A stretch of 64,000 bases of DNA. It comes from Desulfurobacteriaceae bacterium. GTDB lineage: Bacteria; Aquificota; Aquificia; Desulfurobacteriales; Desulfurobacteriaceae. How positions within the stretch are numbered: the first letter of the stretch is position 1; the number at the start of each line of letters is the position of its first letter. A program made the position numbers and the translations under genes. The DNA lies in assembly GCA_027075275.1 (NCBI GenBank), contig JALTBO010000083.1, forward strand, positions 4,522 to 68,521, in the 5' to 3' direction. Below the pieces are notes generated by a model. It worked only from the letters and a program-made list of their open reading frames with translations. It had not been told where the DNA came from and did not search any database. This document shows, in pieces, positions 53,591-62,401 of the stretch.

Positions 53591-54165
53591 TAACCGTGGC
53601 CGTTATGGCCGGCGGGAGGAGCTCCCGCTTCGGCCGAAACAAGCTCTCCGTTCCCTTCAGGGGGAAATTGCTGGTAGAGAACATAGTTGGGGAGCTCTCC
53701 GACTTCCCGGAAGTCCTCCTCGTTACAAAGAACCCTTTTTCCTTCACCTACTTAACCGGCAGATATCCTAACCTGCGGGTTCTTCCAGAGGCCTTTGAAG
53801 TCCACTCCCCAATCTGTGGGATTTATACGGCTCTCAAAAATGCCAGTTTCAGAAAAGTCCTGATGCTTCCGGGGGATACTCCCCTCATCAGAAAGAAAGT
53901 TGTAAAGATGTTTTCCAGTCAGATTCCTCCTGCCGTTCTAACTGAGAACGGAAGAATCCACTCCCTCTTTACTCTCCTCCTTAAAGACCACATTATTCTG
54001 GTAGAGGAGTTTCTTAAATCGGGGAAGCATAAACTTAGGGAGCTCCATTCCCTCTTAAACTCCCGTGAAGTTCCATTTTCACCCTTTGAGCCCTTTGACT
54101 ACAGGGGAAACTCACTTTTAAACGTTAACCGACTGGAGGACTACTATGAGGCCGTCTATAGATGA
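53587..54165 (+). CDS. mobA: Molybdenum cofactor guanylyltransferase
   Basis: '[12 protein letters not shown]', 'PGDTP', 'LNVN'; probable CTG start at 53587 (GTG at 53596 is the alternative). Confidence 0.85.
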   Translation: MITVAVMAGGRSSRFGRNKLSVPFRGKLLVENIVGELSDFPEVLLVTKNPFSFTYLTGRYPNLRVLPEAFEVHSPICGIYTALKNASFRKVLMLPGDTPLIRKKVVKMFSSQIPPAVLTENGRIHSLFTLLLKDHIILVEEFLKSGKHKLRELHSLLNSREVPFSPFEPFDYRGNSLLNVNRLEDYYEAVYR

Positions 54166-54502
54166 GATTGTTGAAAAAGTTAAGAAGCGTTCAAACCCTG
54201 AAAACCTCGGGATGATTCTTGTTCACAACGGGGTTGTCAGGGGGAGTTCCCGCTCAGGGGATAAGGTTTCCGGGATGGAGCTCTCCTATAATGAGGAAAA
54301 GCTCAAGGAGATAGTTTCAGAGATTGAATCCCGTGAGGGTATTGAGGCCGTTGAGGTCTGGCTCAACTCAGGAAAGTTAAACGTTGGAGACGACATAATG
54401 GTCGTTGTAGTTGCAGGTCGCTACCGTTCAGACGTTCTCCCTGCATTTGAGGAGCTCATCTCACGGGTAAAAAAGGAGGTTGTCCTTGAAAAAGAGGTTT
54501 GA
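54146..54502 (+). CDS. moaE: Molybdopterin synthase large subunit family
   Basis: 'HNGVVR', 'LNVGDDIMVVVVAG..R'; Moco gene context. Confidence 0.85.
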   Translation: MRPSIDEIVEKVKKRSNPENLGMILVHNGVVRGSSRSGDKVSGMELSYNEEKLKEIVSEIESREGIEAVEVWLNSGKLNVGDDIMVVVVAGRYRSDVLPAFEELISRVKKEVVLEKEV

Positions 54503-54878
54503 CGACAGCCACCTGACGGACTTTGAGAAGTGGGTAATTTTCAAAAAGGGAACAGAGCCCCCCTTTAACAACAAATACTGGAACCACTTTGAAAACGGCA
54601 TTTATGTCTGTAAACTGTGCCGTCAGCCCCTCTTTAGGAGCTCCGCCAAGTTCCTCTCCTATTCCGGCTGGCCCTCCTTTGACGAGGCCATTCCCGGAGC
54701 TGTTAAGGAGGTTCCCGAGGAGTTCCCGGACGACCGGATAGAGGTTGTCTGCTCCCGGTGTGGAGCCCACCTGGGGCACGTCTTCTACGGAGAGGGTTAT
54801 ACTCCAAAGAACGTTCGCTACTGCATAAACTCTGCATCTATAGATTTCATTCCGGAGAGTGAAGTTGGCTCTGATTGA
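54486..54878 (+). CDS. msrB: Peptide-methionine (R)-S-oxide reductase
   Basis: GTEPPF, two CxxC, GWPSF, HLGHVF, RYCINS. Confidence 0.96.
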   Translation: MKKRFDDSHLTDFEKWVIFKKGTEPPFNNKYWNHFENGIYVCKLCRQPLFRSSAKFLSYSGWPSFDEAIPGAVKEVPEEFPDDRIEVVCSRCGAHLGHVFYGEGYTPKNVRYCINSASIDFIPESEVGSD

Positions 54879-55554
54879 GCTCAGAAACATTAGAAAGGTT
54901 TACCGTCAGGGAGACCTTGAAGTAGAAGTTCTGAAGGGAATAGACCTTACAGTTGAAAAGGGAGAGTTTATCTCAATTGTAGGTCCTTCGGGTTCTGGTA
55001 AGTCAACCCTTATGTATATTCTCGGCTGTTTAGACAGGCCTACCTCCGGTGAATACTACTTAGACGGTAGAAACATTCTGAAACTGCCGGACGATGAGCT
55101 CTCTAAACTCCGTGCAGAATACATCGGTTTTGTCTTTCAGGCTTTTTACCTGATTCCCTACTTAACGGTTCTTGACAACGTTCTCCTTCCGGTTGAATAC
55201 CTCCCAAAGGAAGAGAGGAAAAAGCGTTTTTCAGACAAACCGCCACAGAGAAAGGCTGTGGAGCTCCTTACCCGCCTCGGGCTTGGAGATAGAATCGGTT
55301 TTAAACCGGAGGAGCTCTCCGGCGGCCAGAAACAGAGAACTGCCATAGCAAGAGCTCTCATCAACTCCCCTGAGATAATCCTTGCAGACGAACCGACAGG
55401 CCAGTTAGACACAGAGTCAAGCCGTGAGGTTATGAGGATTTTTGGAGAGCTCCACTCCGAAGGAAAGACAGTAATCGTTGTTACCCACGATATGGAGATT
55501 GCAAAACACGCCCAGAGAATTGTGAAAATCAGAGACGGAAGGATCGTTGAATGA
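54859..55554 (+). CDS. ABC ATP-binding protein (MacB/LolD type)
   Basis: [25 protein letters not shown]. Confidence 0.93.
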   Translation: MKLALIELRNIRKVYRQGDLEVEVLKGIDLTVEKGEFISIVGPSGSGKSTLMYILGCLDRPTSGEYYLDGRNILKLPDDELSKLRAEYIGFVFQAFYLIPYLTVLDNVLLPVEYLPKEERKKRFSDKPPQRKAVELLTRLGLGDRIGFKPEELSGGQKQRTAIARALINSPEIILADEPTGQLDTESSREVMRIFGELHSEGKTVIVVTHDMEIAKHAQRIVKIRDGRIVE

Positions 55555-56741
55555 GGGGTTTCCTCTTGAAAGACCTCATCCTCTCGCTCCTTCACAATAA
55601 ACTGAGAACCCTCTTTGCCCTTCTTGGAGTTCTCTTTGGTGTTGTCTCCTTGGTTCTCATTGTTGCGGCGATTGAGGGGAGCTCCCTCCTTGCAAACAGG
55701 GTTATAGAGAAGTTGGGTCCCGATTCCGTTCTTATTATTTCAGGCTCAATAAAGAAAGGACCCAGAAGCGGTTTTCAGAACCTTACACTAGAAGACGTTA
55801 GGGAAATTGAAAAACTTGAGGGAATTTTTGCCCTCACCTACGGCGTCGTTAAACCGATGACAGTTTCGGATATATCAACGTCTAAGTTCACAACGGTTTT
55901 TGGAGTAGGCGAAAACTGGCTCCTTTCTTGGAACTACAGAGTTGAAAAGGGAAGAGGGTTTACAGATTCAGACTTTAAAGACCTTAGAAAAGTTGCTGTT
56001 GTGGGCCACGATGTTGCCGATTTCTTCTGGCCGGGGCAGAGCCCAATCGGGAAAATTATCCTCATCGGAAAAGTTCCGTTCAGAGTAATAGGCCTCTACG
56101 CCAAAAAGGGGAAAACGCCAAACGGCCACAACTTAGACGACAGGGTTTTTATACCTTTTCCCGTTTTTGACAGGTTAGTTGAGAAAACCTACGGCCACAT
56201 CAGTATAATCAGGTTTAGAGTTTTCAATATGAATGAGTACAACCAGATAGTTAAAGAGACCCGCCAGATACTCCTGAAACGCCACAAGCCCGACGACTTT
56301 ATGGTAATTACTCCCGTTGTTGTTAAGAAGTTCCTTTCAATGCTCTCTGCAACCCTTGCCTTTTTCCTGGGAATTGCTTCAACAACAGCTTTAGTTGTCG
56401 GCGGTTTTGTCCTCTCATCTATCTTCTACATCAACATCTACGTTCGCCAGTGGGAGATAGGGTTGAGGAGAGCTCTGGGAGCCACTAAAAAAGACATTCT
56501 GAAGCGGTTTCTCTATGAGGCCGTTCTCATTTCCCTTTTTGCCTCTTTCCTTGGGAACATTCTGGGAGTAGCAGCTATAAAGTTCACTCTGCCCCTCCTG
56601 AAAATTCCCGTTGTTTACCCGGTTAAAGCCTTTGTTGTTGCAACTCTCTTTACGCTTGGAGTCTGCCTCTTCGCCGTCTACTTCCCTGCAAAAAAGGCCG
56701 CCTCTTTTGAACCTGTTTCAGCCCTCCGGAGGAAGGCTTGA
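55551..56741 (+). CDS. ABC permease, MacB/FtsX family
   Basis: 'NKLRTL..LLG', periplasmic domain, '[10 protein letters not shown]'. Confidence 0.9.
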   Translation: MRGFLLKDLILSLLHNKLRTLFALLGVLFGVVSLVLIVAAIEGSSLLANRVIEKLGPDSVLIISGSIKKGPRSGFQNLTLEDVREIEKLEGIFALTYGVVKPMTVSDISTSKFTTVFGVGENWLLSWNYRVEKGRGFTDSDFKDLRKVAVVGHDVADFFWPGQSPIGKIILIGKVPFRVIGLYAKKGKTPNGHNLDDRVFIPFPVFDRLVEKTYGHISIIRFRVFNMNEYNQIVKETRQILLKRHKPDDFMVITPVVVKKFLSMLSATLAFFLGIASTTALVVGGFVLSSIFYINIYVRQWEIGLRRALGATKKDILKRFLYEAVLISLFASFLGNILGVAAIKFTLPLLKIPVVYPVKAFVVATLFTLGVCLFAVYFPAKKAASFEPVSALRRKA

Positions 56742-57931
56742 TGGTGGGAGCTCTCCTTGCCTACGCCAGAGAGAACAAGAAACGGTTTCTCCTCTCTCTC
56801 ATTGGCGTTTCAATTGGTGTTTTTGTTCTTACGCTTATGCTTGGGATAACAAACGCAATGAAGCTCAAGCTTGAAAAGGCCATCGGGAAGATGGGCTCCT
56901 ACGTTCTTGTAGTTCTTCCCGGAGAGGTGAAGAACCTCGGCGGGAGAACGATTCAGCTCTCTTTCTACCCAACTCTAACTTTAGACGATGCAGAGGCTAT
57001 AAAGGAGAAGTGTCCGGACGTTTCGGCTGTTTCCCCTTTTAAGAAGGTTTCTCCAAATGTTCACTACGGCGGAAAGTCAATCTCTGCTTCTGTTAGAGGT
57101 GTCTCCCCTGATTACTTAAAAATCTCTGGCCACTCGCTCCTCTGCGGCAGGTTTCTGACAGATTCAGATATTAATAACATCTCAGAGGTTGCCGTTCTGG
57201 GCTACAACGTAGCAAAAAAACTCTACGGAGAGACCTGCCCTGTAGGAAAAACTATCTACCTCTTTAACGCTCCCTACCGTATTGTTGGCGTTATGGAGAA
57301 GATAGGAACAGACCTCAGCGGGGAAGATCTTGACGACAGGATTTACATTCCTATAACTTCTGCTGTTAAGAGGATCTCAAACGTTGACTACATAGACGGC
57401 ATCTACGTTCTTCCCGTCTCTCCTGAAGCCTTTAAACCTGCTAAAGAAGAAGTTTACTCGCTTCTCCTTAAACGTCACGGGAAAAAAGACTTTTCAGTTA
57501 ACTCTTACGCCGACCTTGTCAACACCCAGAAGCAGGCCATGGAGATATTTACAAAACTCTCTATCATTGTTGCCGTCATCTCCTTCGGCGTTGGTGCCCT
57601 TGGAATTCTGGCCGTTATGACCCTTTCTGTTTACGAAAGGCTTGTTGAAATCGGTGTGAGGAGGGCTTTTGGAGCTCCCCGCTCTGCCATTTTCCTTCAG
57701 TTTCTCCTTGAGTCGGCTCTCCTCTCTCTTACAGGCGCCTCTGCCGGTGTTGTTCTTGCAGTCCTCATAGTTTTCCTTATCTCCTACCTTGCCCACTGGC
57801 CCGTTTACCTTCCCTTTAGAGAGGCTTTCCTCTCCTTTTCCCTCTCCTTCCTGATAGGCCTTCTCTCTGGGATCTACCCTGCGGTAAGAGCTCTCTCTTT
57901 TGAGCCTAAAGAGATCCTTAGAGAGGAATAA
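56738..57931 (+). CDS. ABC permease, MacB/FtsX family
   Basis: 'SVYERLVEIGVRRAFGA', 'GIYPA'. Confidence 0.9.
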   Translation: MMVGALLAYARENKKRFLLSLIGVSIGVFVLTLMLGITNAMKLKLEKAIGKMGSYVLVVLPGEVKNLGGRTIQLSFYPTLTLDDAEAIKEKCPDVSAVSPFKKVSPNVHYGGKSISASVRGVSPDYLKISGHSLLCGRFLTDSDINNISEVAVLGYNVAKKLYGETCPVGKTIYLFNAPYRIVGVMEKIGTDLSGEDLDDRIYIPITSAVKRISNVDYIDGIYVLPVSPEAFKPAKEEVYSLLLKRHGKKDFSVNSYADLVNTQKQAMEIFTKLSIIVAVISFGVGALGILAVMTLSVYERLVEIGVRRAFGAPRSAIFLQFLLESALLSLTGASAGVVLAVLIVFLISYLAHWPVYLPFREAFLSFSLSFLIGLLSGIYPAVRALSFEPKEILREE

Positions 57932-58024
57932 AGTTTGACCAGATTAAAAATTTTCTGTTTATGGGACATATTTTGACCTATTCTAGTGCTAATATGAAAA
58001 TAAATTAATCCTCAGGAGGGAGAG

Positions 58025-58219
58025 GTGAAGCGTTTAAACAAACTGGCCTTCTTTGATTATCCGGATTTTCTTGTCTTTGTTGACAGGTTTTGCCCTTTGT
58101 GTGGAGCTCCCGTCTCCGTAAAAATCGTAAACGGAATGGAGGTTGAAACCTGTCTTAACCCGGAGTGCCCTTACCTGCAGGTTAGAGAAAAGGAGGAAAG
58201 TTCCAGGAACAGCCATTAG
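58025..58219 (+). CDS. Small putative zinc-ribbon protein
   Basis: CPLCG...CLNPECPY; strong AGGAGG RBS; fills the intergenic gap. Confidence 0.6.
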   Translation: MKRLNKLAFFDYPDFLVFVDRFCPLCGAPVSVKIVNGMEVETCLNPECPYLQVREKEESSRNSH

Positions 58220-58233
58220 CAGTAGAATATTTC

Positions 58234-59691
58234 CTAAACAGTTTCCGGTGGAGCTCCCTCTTTACTCTCGTTATTCTCGTTTTCTGAAAACAGCGCCTCT
58301 ATAAACTCCTCCGGGTCAAACTTCCTTAAATCTTCTATCCTCTCTCCTACTCCTACAAACTTTATAGGAATTTTCAGGTCGTTGCAGATTGCTACAACGA
58401 TTCCTCCCTTTGCCGTTCCGTCAAGCTTTGTCAGGGCTATCCCTGTAACGTCTGTAATCTCCTTAAAGGCCTTTGCCTGAGAGATGGCGTTCTGACCTGT
58501 GTTTGCGTCCAGAACTAAGAGAATCTCTGCCGGCTGGCCGGGAAACTCCCTTCCAATAACCTTCTTTATCTTGTGGATCTCCTTCATTAACCTCTCTTTG
58601 TTGTGGAGCCTTCCTGCCGTGTCAACGATCAGAACATCCTCTCCCTTTGCCTTTATACTCTGAATTGCGTCAAATACAACTGCCGCCGGGTCGGTTCCCT
58701 CCTGTCCCTTAACTATCCTGACTCCTGCCCTCTCTGCCCACACCTCAAGCTGTTCAATTGCCGCAGCCCTGAACGTGTCTGCTGCCGCCAGAACTACAGA
58801 GAGGCCAGAGTCTTTTAACTGTTTTGCCAGTTTCCCTATGGTTGTTGTCTTTCCAACTCCGTTTACGCCCAGAACCAAAATTACAGAGGGCTTTTCCGTT
58901 AGGTTCAGCTCTCCGTTGCACTGCCTGAGGAGCTCCTTCAACCTCTCTTTCAGAATCTTAAGGAGCTGGTCGGAGCTCTTTATCTTCCTCTTCTTCGCCT
59001 CGTTCCTCAAGTACTCAATCAGCTCTAAAGTTGTACTTACTCCAACGTCTGCAAGGATTAACCTCTCCTCAAGCTCCTCAAACAGACTCTCGTCAACCTT
59101 TCTCCCTGCAAAGTCTGAAAGCCCTAAGGCATCTCTTGTCTTCTTCAGCCCTTCCTTAAAGCTCTTTAAAATCTTTGAACCTGTTAATCCTAACTTCTCC
59201 TCAACCTCTCTCTTCTTAACTGTAAATTCCAGCTTGTAGTTTTCTGGAACTTTCTCCTCAACCTCTTTCAGGGCTTTCAGTGCAAGGTCGTAAAGCCCCT
59301 CCTTTATGTAGAGGTTCGCTATGTGGTAGTTTGCAAGGAATGAGAGCTTCTCGTTCTGGCTGTTCCTTGCAACGTCGTAGAGATTCCTGGCCTTCTGTAA
59401 GTTCCCCTTGTACTCCTCAATTAACCCTTTAAAGAAAGAGGCGTAGTCCTTTCCGAGTTCTTTCTCTAACTTCTCCGTGTAGGGCTCAAACTCCCTGTAT
59501 ATTGCAAGGTTCCTTACTATCTTAGCCGCTTCCTCTACAAGCTCTCCTCTGCTGTATATAAGGGCGTTTGCCACTGCCTCGGGAGCTCTCCTCTCGCTCT
59601 CCTCTGCCAGCTTCAGCCACTTCTCCGGCTGGTTCGGGTTTTCTCTGAGCTCCTCCTCTAAACCCTTCTTCTTCCTGAAAAAGCCGAACAT
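58234..59691 (-). CDS. ftsY: Signal recognition particle receptor FtsY with TPR-like N-terminal domain
   Basis: GVNGVGKTT, DTFRAAA, DTAGR, TKLDGTAKGG; start at MFGFF. Confidence 0.96.
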   Translation of the reverse strand: MFGFFRKKKGLEEELRENPNQPEKWLKLAEESERRAPEAVANALIYSRGELVEEAAKIVRNLAIYREFEPYTEKLEKELGKDYASFFKGLIEEYKGNLQKARNLYDVARNSQNEKLSFLANYHIANLYIKEGLYDLALKALKEVEEKVPENYKLEFTVKKREVEEKLGLTGSKILKSFKEGLKKTRDALGLSDFAGRKVDESLFEELEERLILADVGVSTTLELIEYLRNEAKKRKIKSSDQLLKILKERLKELLRQCNGELNLTEKPSVILVLGVNGVGKTTTIGKLAKQLKDSGLSVVLAAADTFRAAAIEQLEVWAERAGVRIVKGQEGTDPAAVVFDAIQSIKAKGEDVLIVDTAGRLHNKERLMKEIHKIKKVIGREFPGQPAEILLVLDANTGQNAISQAKAFKEITDVTGIALTKLDGTAKGGIVVAICNDLKIPIKFVGVGERIEDLRKFDPEEFIEALFSENENNESKEGAPPETV

Positions 59692-59728
59692 TTCTACTCC
59701 TTCCACATTTTTTGAGAAAAACTATCTG

Positions 59729-60760
59729 CTACAGCTCGTTTGTCAACTTAACCAGTTTACACAGGAGCTCGTAGGGTCTCCCCTCCTCCATCGCCTTAAC
59801 TGCCATCTCTATTCCGTCTTCAACCTTTTCAACCTTTCCACCTGCAACGAGGGCAAACCCTGCGTTTAAAGCCACAACGTCCCTCTTTGCCCCCTTCTCT
59901 TCTCCCGTCAGAATTCTCCTTACAATCTCTCTGTTCTCCTCTAACGTTTCTCCCCCCTTGATTTCTGAGAAGGGAGCTCTCCTCAGCCCAAAGTCCTCAG
60001 GCGCCACAATGTAACTCTTTATCTCTCCGTTTCTTATCTCCGTTACCTTCGTCGCCTCGCTTATCGTTATCTCGTCTGTTCCGTCTTTACCGTGAACGAT
60101 AAAAGCCCTCTCTGTTCCAAGTTTCAGGAGAACTTCTGCCAGCTTTTCTGTGAGCTTCTCGTCGTAAACTCCCATCAGCTGGCGAACAGCCCCGGCCGGG
60201 TTTGTCATAGGCCCCAGAACGTTGAAAATCGTCCTTATCCCTAACTCCTTTCTCGGTCTTACAACCGTTGCCATTGCAGGGTGGAACTTTGGAGCAAACA
60301 TAAACCCGAATCCCAGCTCCTCAATACATCTTGCAACCTGCTCCGGCTCAAGGTCTATCTTCACTCCGAAACTCTCTAAAATATCTGCACTTCCGCACCT
60401 GCTTGAAACAGACCTGTTTCCGTGCTTTGCAACGGGAACTCCGCAGGAAGCCACAACTAATGCAACTGTTGTTGAGATGTTGAATGTTCCCTTTAAATCA
60501 CCTCCTGTTCCGCAGGTGTCAACTACCCTCTTTCTCAGCTCTTCACTTAAAGGGACTTTCCTGCTCCTTTCCCTCAGAACCTCCGTTGCCCCTGTTATCT
60601 CCTCAACAGTTTCCCCTTTACACCTGAGGGCTACCAGAATCCCGGCTATCTGAACGTCTGAGAGCATCCCTTCCATAATTGAGCTAAAGAGCCTGTAAGT
60701 CTCCTCTCTACTCAGATTTTCCTTCTCAACCAGCCTGTTCAAAACCTCTCTCACTTCCAT
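59729..60760 (-). CDS. trpD: Anthranilate phosphoribosyltransferase
   Basis: DTCGTGGD, NIST, KHGNRSVSS, RTIFN. Confidence 0.97.
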   Translation of the reverse strand: MEVREVLNRLVEKENLSREETYRLFSSIMEGMLSDVQIAGILVALRCKGETVEEITGATEVLRERSRKVPLSEELRKRVVDTCGTGGDLKGTFNISTTVALVVASCGVPVAKHGNRSVSSRCGSADILESFGVKIDLEPEQVARCIEELGFGFMFAPKFHPAMATVVRPRKELGIRTIFNVLGPMTNPAGAVRQLMGVYDEKLTEKLAEVLLKLGTERAFIVHGKDGTDEITISEATKVTEIRNGEIKSYIVAPEDFGLRRAPFSEIKGGETLEENREIVRRILTGEEKGAKRDVVALNAGFALVAGGKVEKVEDGIEMAVKAMEEGRPYELLCKLVKLTNEL

Positions 60761-61176
60761 TTCTCCAGCACCTCTCCTGCACTTAATATTTCTGCACCCA
60801 GCTCTTTAGCCTTTTCCCTTTCAGATTCTAAACTTCTCAGCCTGAAAAGGTGACTTTCACAACTGCAGTCTGTTGCTCCAAAACCTGAAACCGGCTCGTT
60901 CTCCTTTAAACTCTCTGCCAGTTTACATTCAAACTCCTTGTCTCTGAATACCCACACCTCAACAGGTTCAAACCGGATATCTGTTGTTATGAAATCAATG
61001 TGCCAGTGGCGTTTCTTCTCCCTTTTCAGGTGCCTCAACACCCTCTTTTCAAGGCTTCCCATCGCTGAACCGCAGTAGCAGTAAATTCCCTTCTTCAGCT
61101 CAAAGGTTTTCCCGCTTCTTACCCTTACGGTTAAATTTCCTTTAAGACTGAACACCAAGCCGTAGCTTCCTTTCAG
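60751..61176 (-). CDS. DUF123 / GIY-YIG (Uri) family protein
   Basis: 'GIYCYCGSA', 'HWHIDF', 'FGATDC.C.SHL'; probable CTG start at 61176. Confidence 0.8.
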   Translation of the reverse strand: MKGSYGLVFSLKGNLTVRVRSGKTFELKKGIYCYCGSAMGSLEKRVLRHLKREKKRHWHIDFITTDIRFEPVEVWVFRDKEFECKLAESLKENEPVSGFGATDCSCESHLFRLRSLESEREKAKELGAEILSAGEVLEKWK

Positions 61177-62162
61177 GTATTCACCTCCTCTAAAGACATT
61201 CTGGGGAGAGCTCCCACATCCAACGAATCTCCACCTTCTAACAGAAACCGCCTGTATCCCACGTAGGCAACCATCGCCCCGTTGTCTGACGTAAACTCCA
61301 TCTTCGGCAGGAAAACTCTGTATCCCTGTTCCTGGAGTTCTTTCAATTTCTCTCTCAAAAGGCTGTTTGCAGAAACTCCCCCGGAAACGGCAATCCTCTT
61401 AACTCCCGTTTCCTTCAGTGCCTTTTCCAGTTTTCCAATCAGATACTCAACTGCCGTCTTCTGGAAAGAGGCTGCAACCTGCTCTGACGGATAGCCATTC
61501 TCAATCAGCCGTCTTACTGCCGTTTTAATTCCGCTGAAGCTGTAGTTGAAGCCCTTTACCCGGGGTTTTGGGAGCTCCAAATACTTTCCCTCAAACTTCC
61601 TGTAAATTCTGTCTATTACAGGTCCTCCCGGATATCCGAGGCTCAGCATTTTCGCCACCTTGTCGTAAGCCTCTCCAACTGCGTCGTCCAGCGTTTTACC
61701 GATTACTCTGTACTTTCCAAACTCCTCTGCCAGAACTATTAGCGTGTGGCCTCCGCTTACAACCAGCCCTAAAAACGGGTATTCCGGCTCGCTCCCTATA
61801 AATGGAGAGAGCAGATGTGCTTCTATGTGGTGAACTCCCTTGAACGGTATCTCCTTCCAGAAAGCAACTCCCTTTCCAAACGTGAGCCCGACTAAAAGGG
61901 CAGGTAAAAGGCCGGGAGCTCTGGTAACAGCCACAAGCCGTATATCGTCTACCCCAATTCCTGCGACTCTTAAGGCTTCTTCAAATACAACGTCTATGTT
62001 CTCTGCGTGTTTCCTTGCTGCAACTTCCGGAACAACCCCTCCAAATGGCCGGTGGAACTCATACTGGGATGAGACTATGTTGCTTAAAACCCTGTTCCCG
62101 TGCCCGTCGTAAACGGCAACAGACGTATCGTCGCAGGAGGTATCTATTCCAACTACTATCAC
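61173..62162 (-). CDS. tsaD: tRNA N6-threonylcarbamoyltransferase subunit TsaD
   Basis: GIDTSCDDT, HHIEAH, VSGGHT, DDAVGEAYDK, DNGAM. Confidence 0.97.
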   Translation of the reverse strand: MIVVGIDTSCDDTSVAVYDGHGNRVLSNIVSSQYEFHRPFGGVVPEVAARKHAENIDVVFEEALRVAGIGVDDIRLVAVTRAPGLLPALLVGLTFGKGVAFWKEIPFKGVHHIEAHLLSPFIGSEPEYPFLGLVVSGGHTLIVLAEEFGKYRVIGKTLDDAVGEAYDKVAKMLSLGYPGGPVIDRIYRKFEGKYLELPKPRVKGFNYSFSGIKTAVRRLIENGYPSEQVAASFQKTAVEYLIGKLEKALKETGVKRIAVSGGVSANSLLREKLKELQEQGYRVFLPKMEFTSDNGAMVAYVGYRRFLLEGGDSLDVGALPRMSLEEVNT

Positions 62163-62398
62163 TACTCAACCTCTAAATCCCAGTAGATTTCCGGCCTGTG
62201 TCCTAATCTCTCCTCAAAGCTTCCGGCTATCTCAATGATCTTGTCTGCAACTGTTCTCTTAACATCTTTACTCTCTGCAACCACTTTTAAACAGGCGTCT
62301 ATGTATATCTCGCATACGGGAACGACCTCAACTCTTTTAACTCCCGGTATTTCCTCAACTTCCTCAACTATCTTCTTAACGAAGTCCATCTCCTCCAT
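62162..62398 (-). CDS. Small acidic hypothetical protein
   Basis: 78-aa ORF tightly coupled to both neighbours; AGGAG RBS. Confidence 0.65.
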   Translation of the reverse strand: MEEMDFVKKIVEEVEEIPGVKRVEVVPVCEIYIDACLKVVAESKDVKRTVADKIIEIAGSFEERLGHRPEIYWDLEVE

Positions 62399-62401
62399 CT
62401 T

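Noticed and set aside
57961-57978. Sigma54-like promoter TGGGAC-N5-TTGA
   Set aside because: It lacks the near-invariant -12 GC, so the match is too weak.
60751-61176. DUF123 GIY-YIG protein as the effector of the GAGCTC system
   Set aside because: Nothing in the sequence links them. No DNA methyltransferase or restriction gene lies in this window, so any responsible gene is probably elsewhere.
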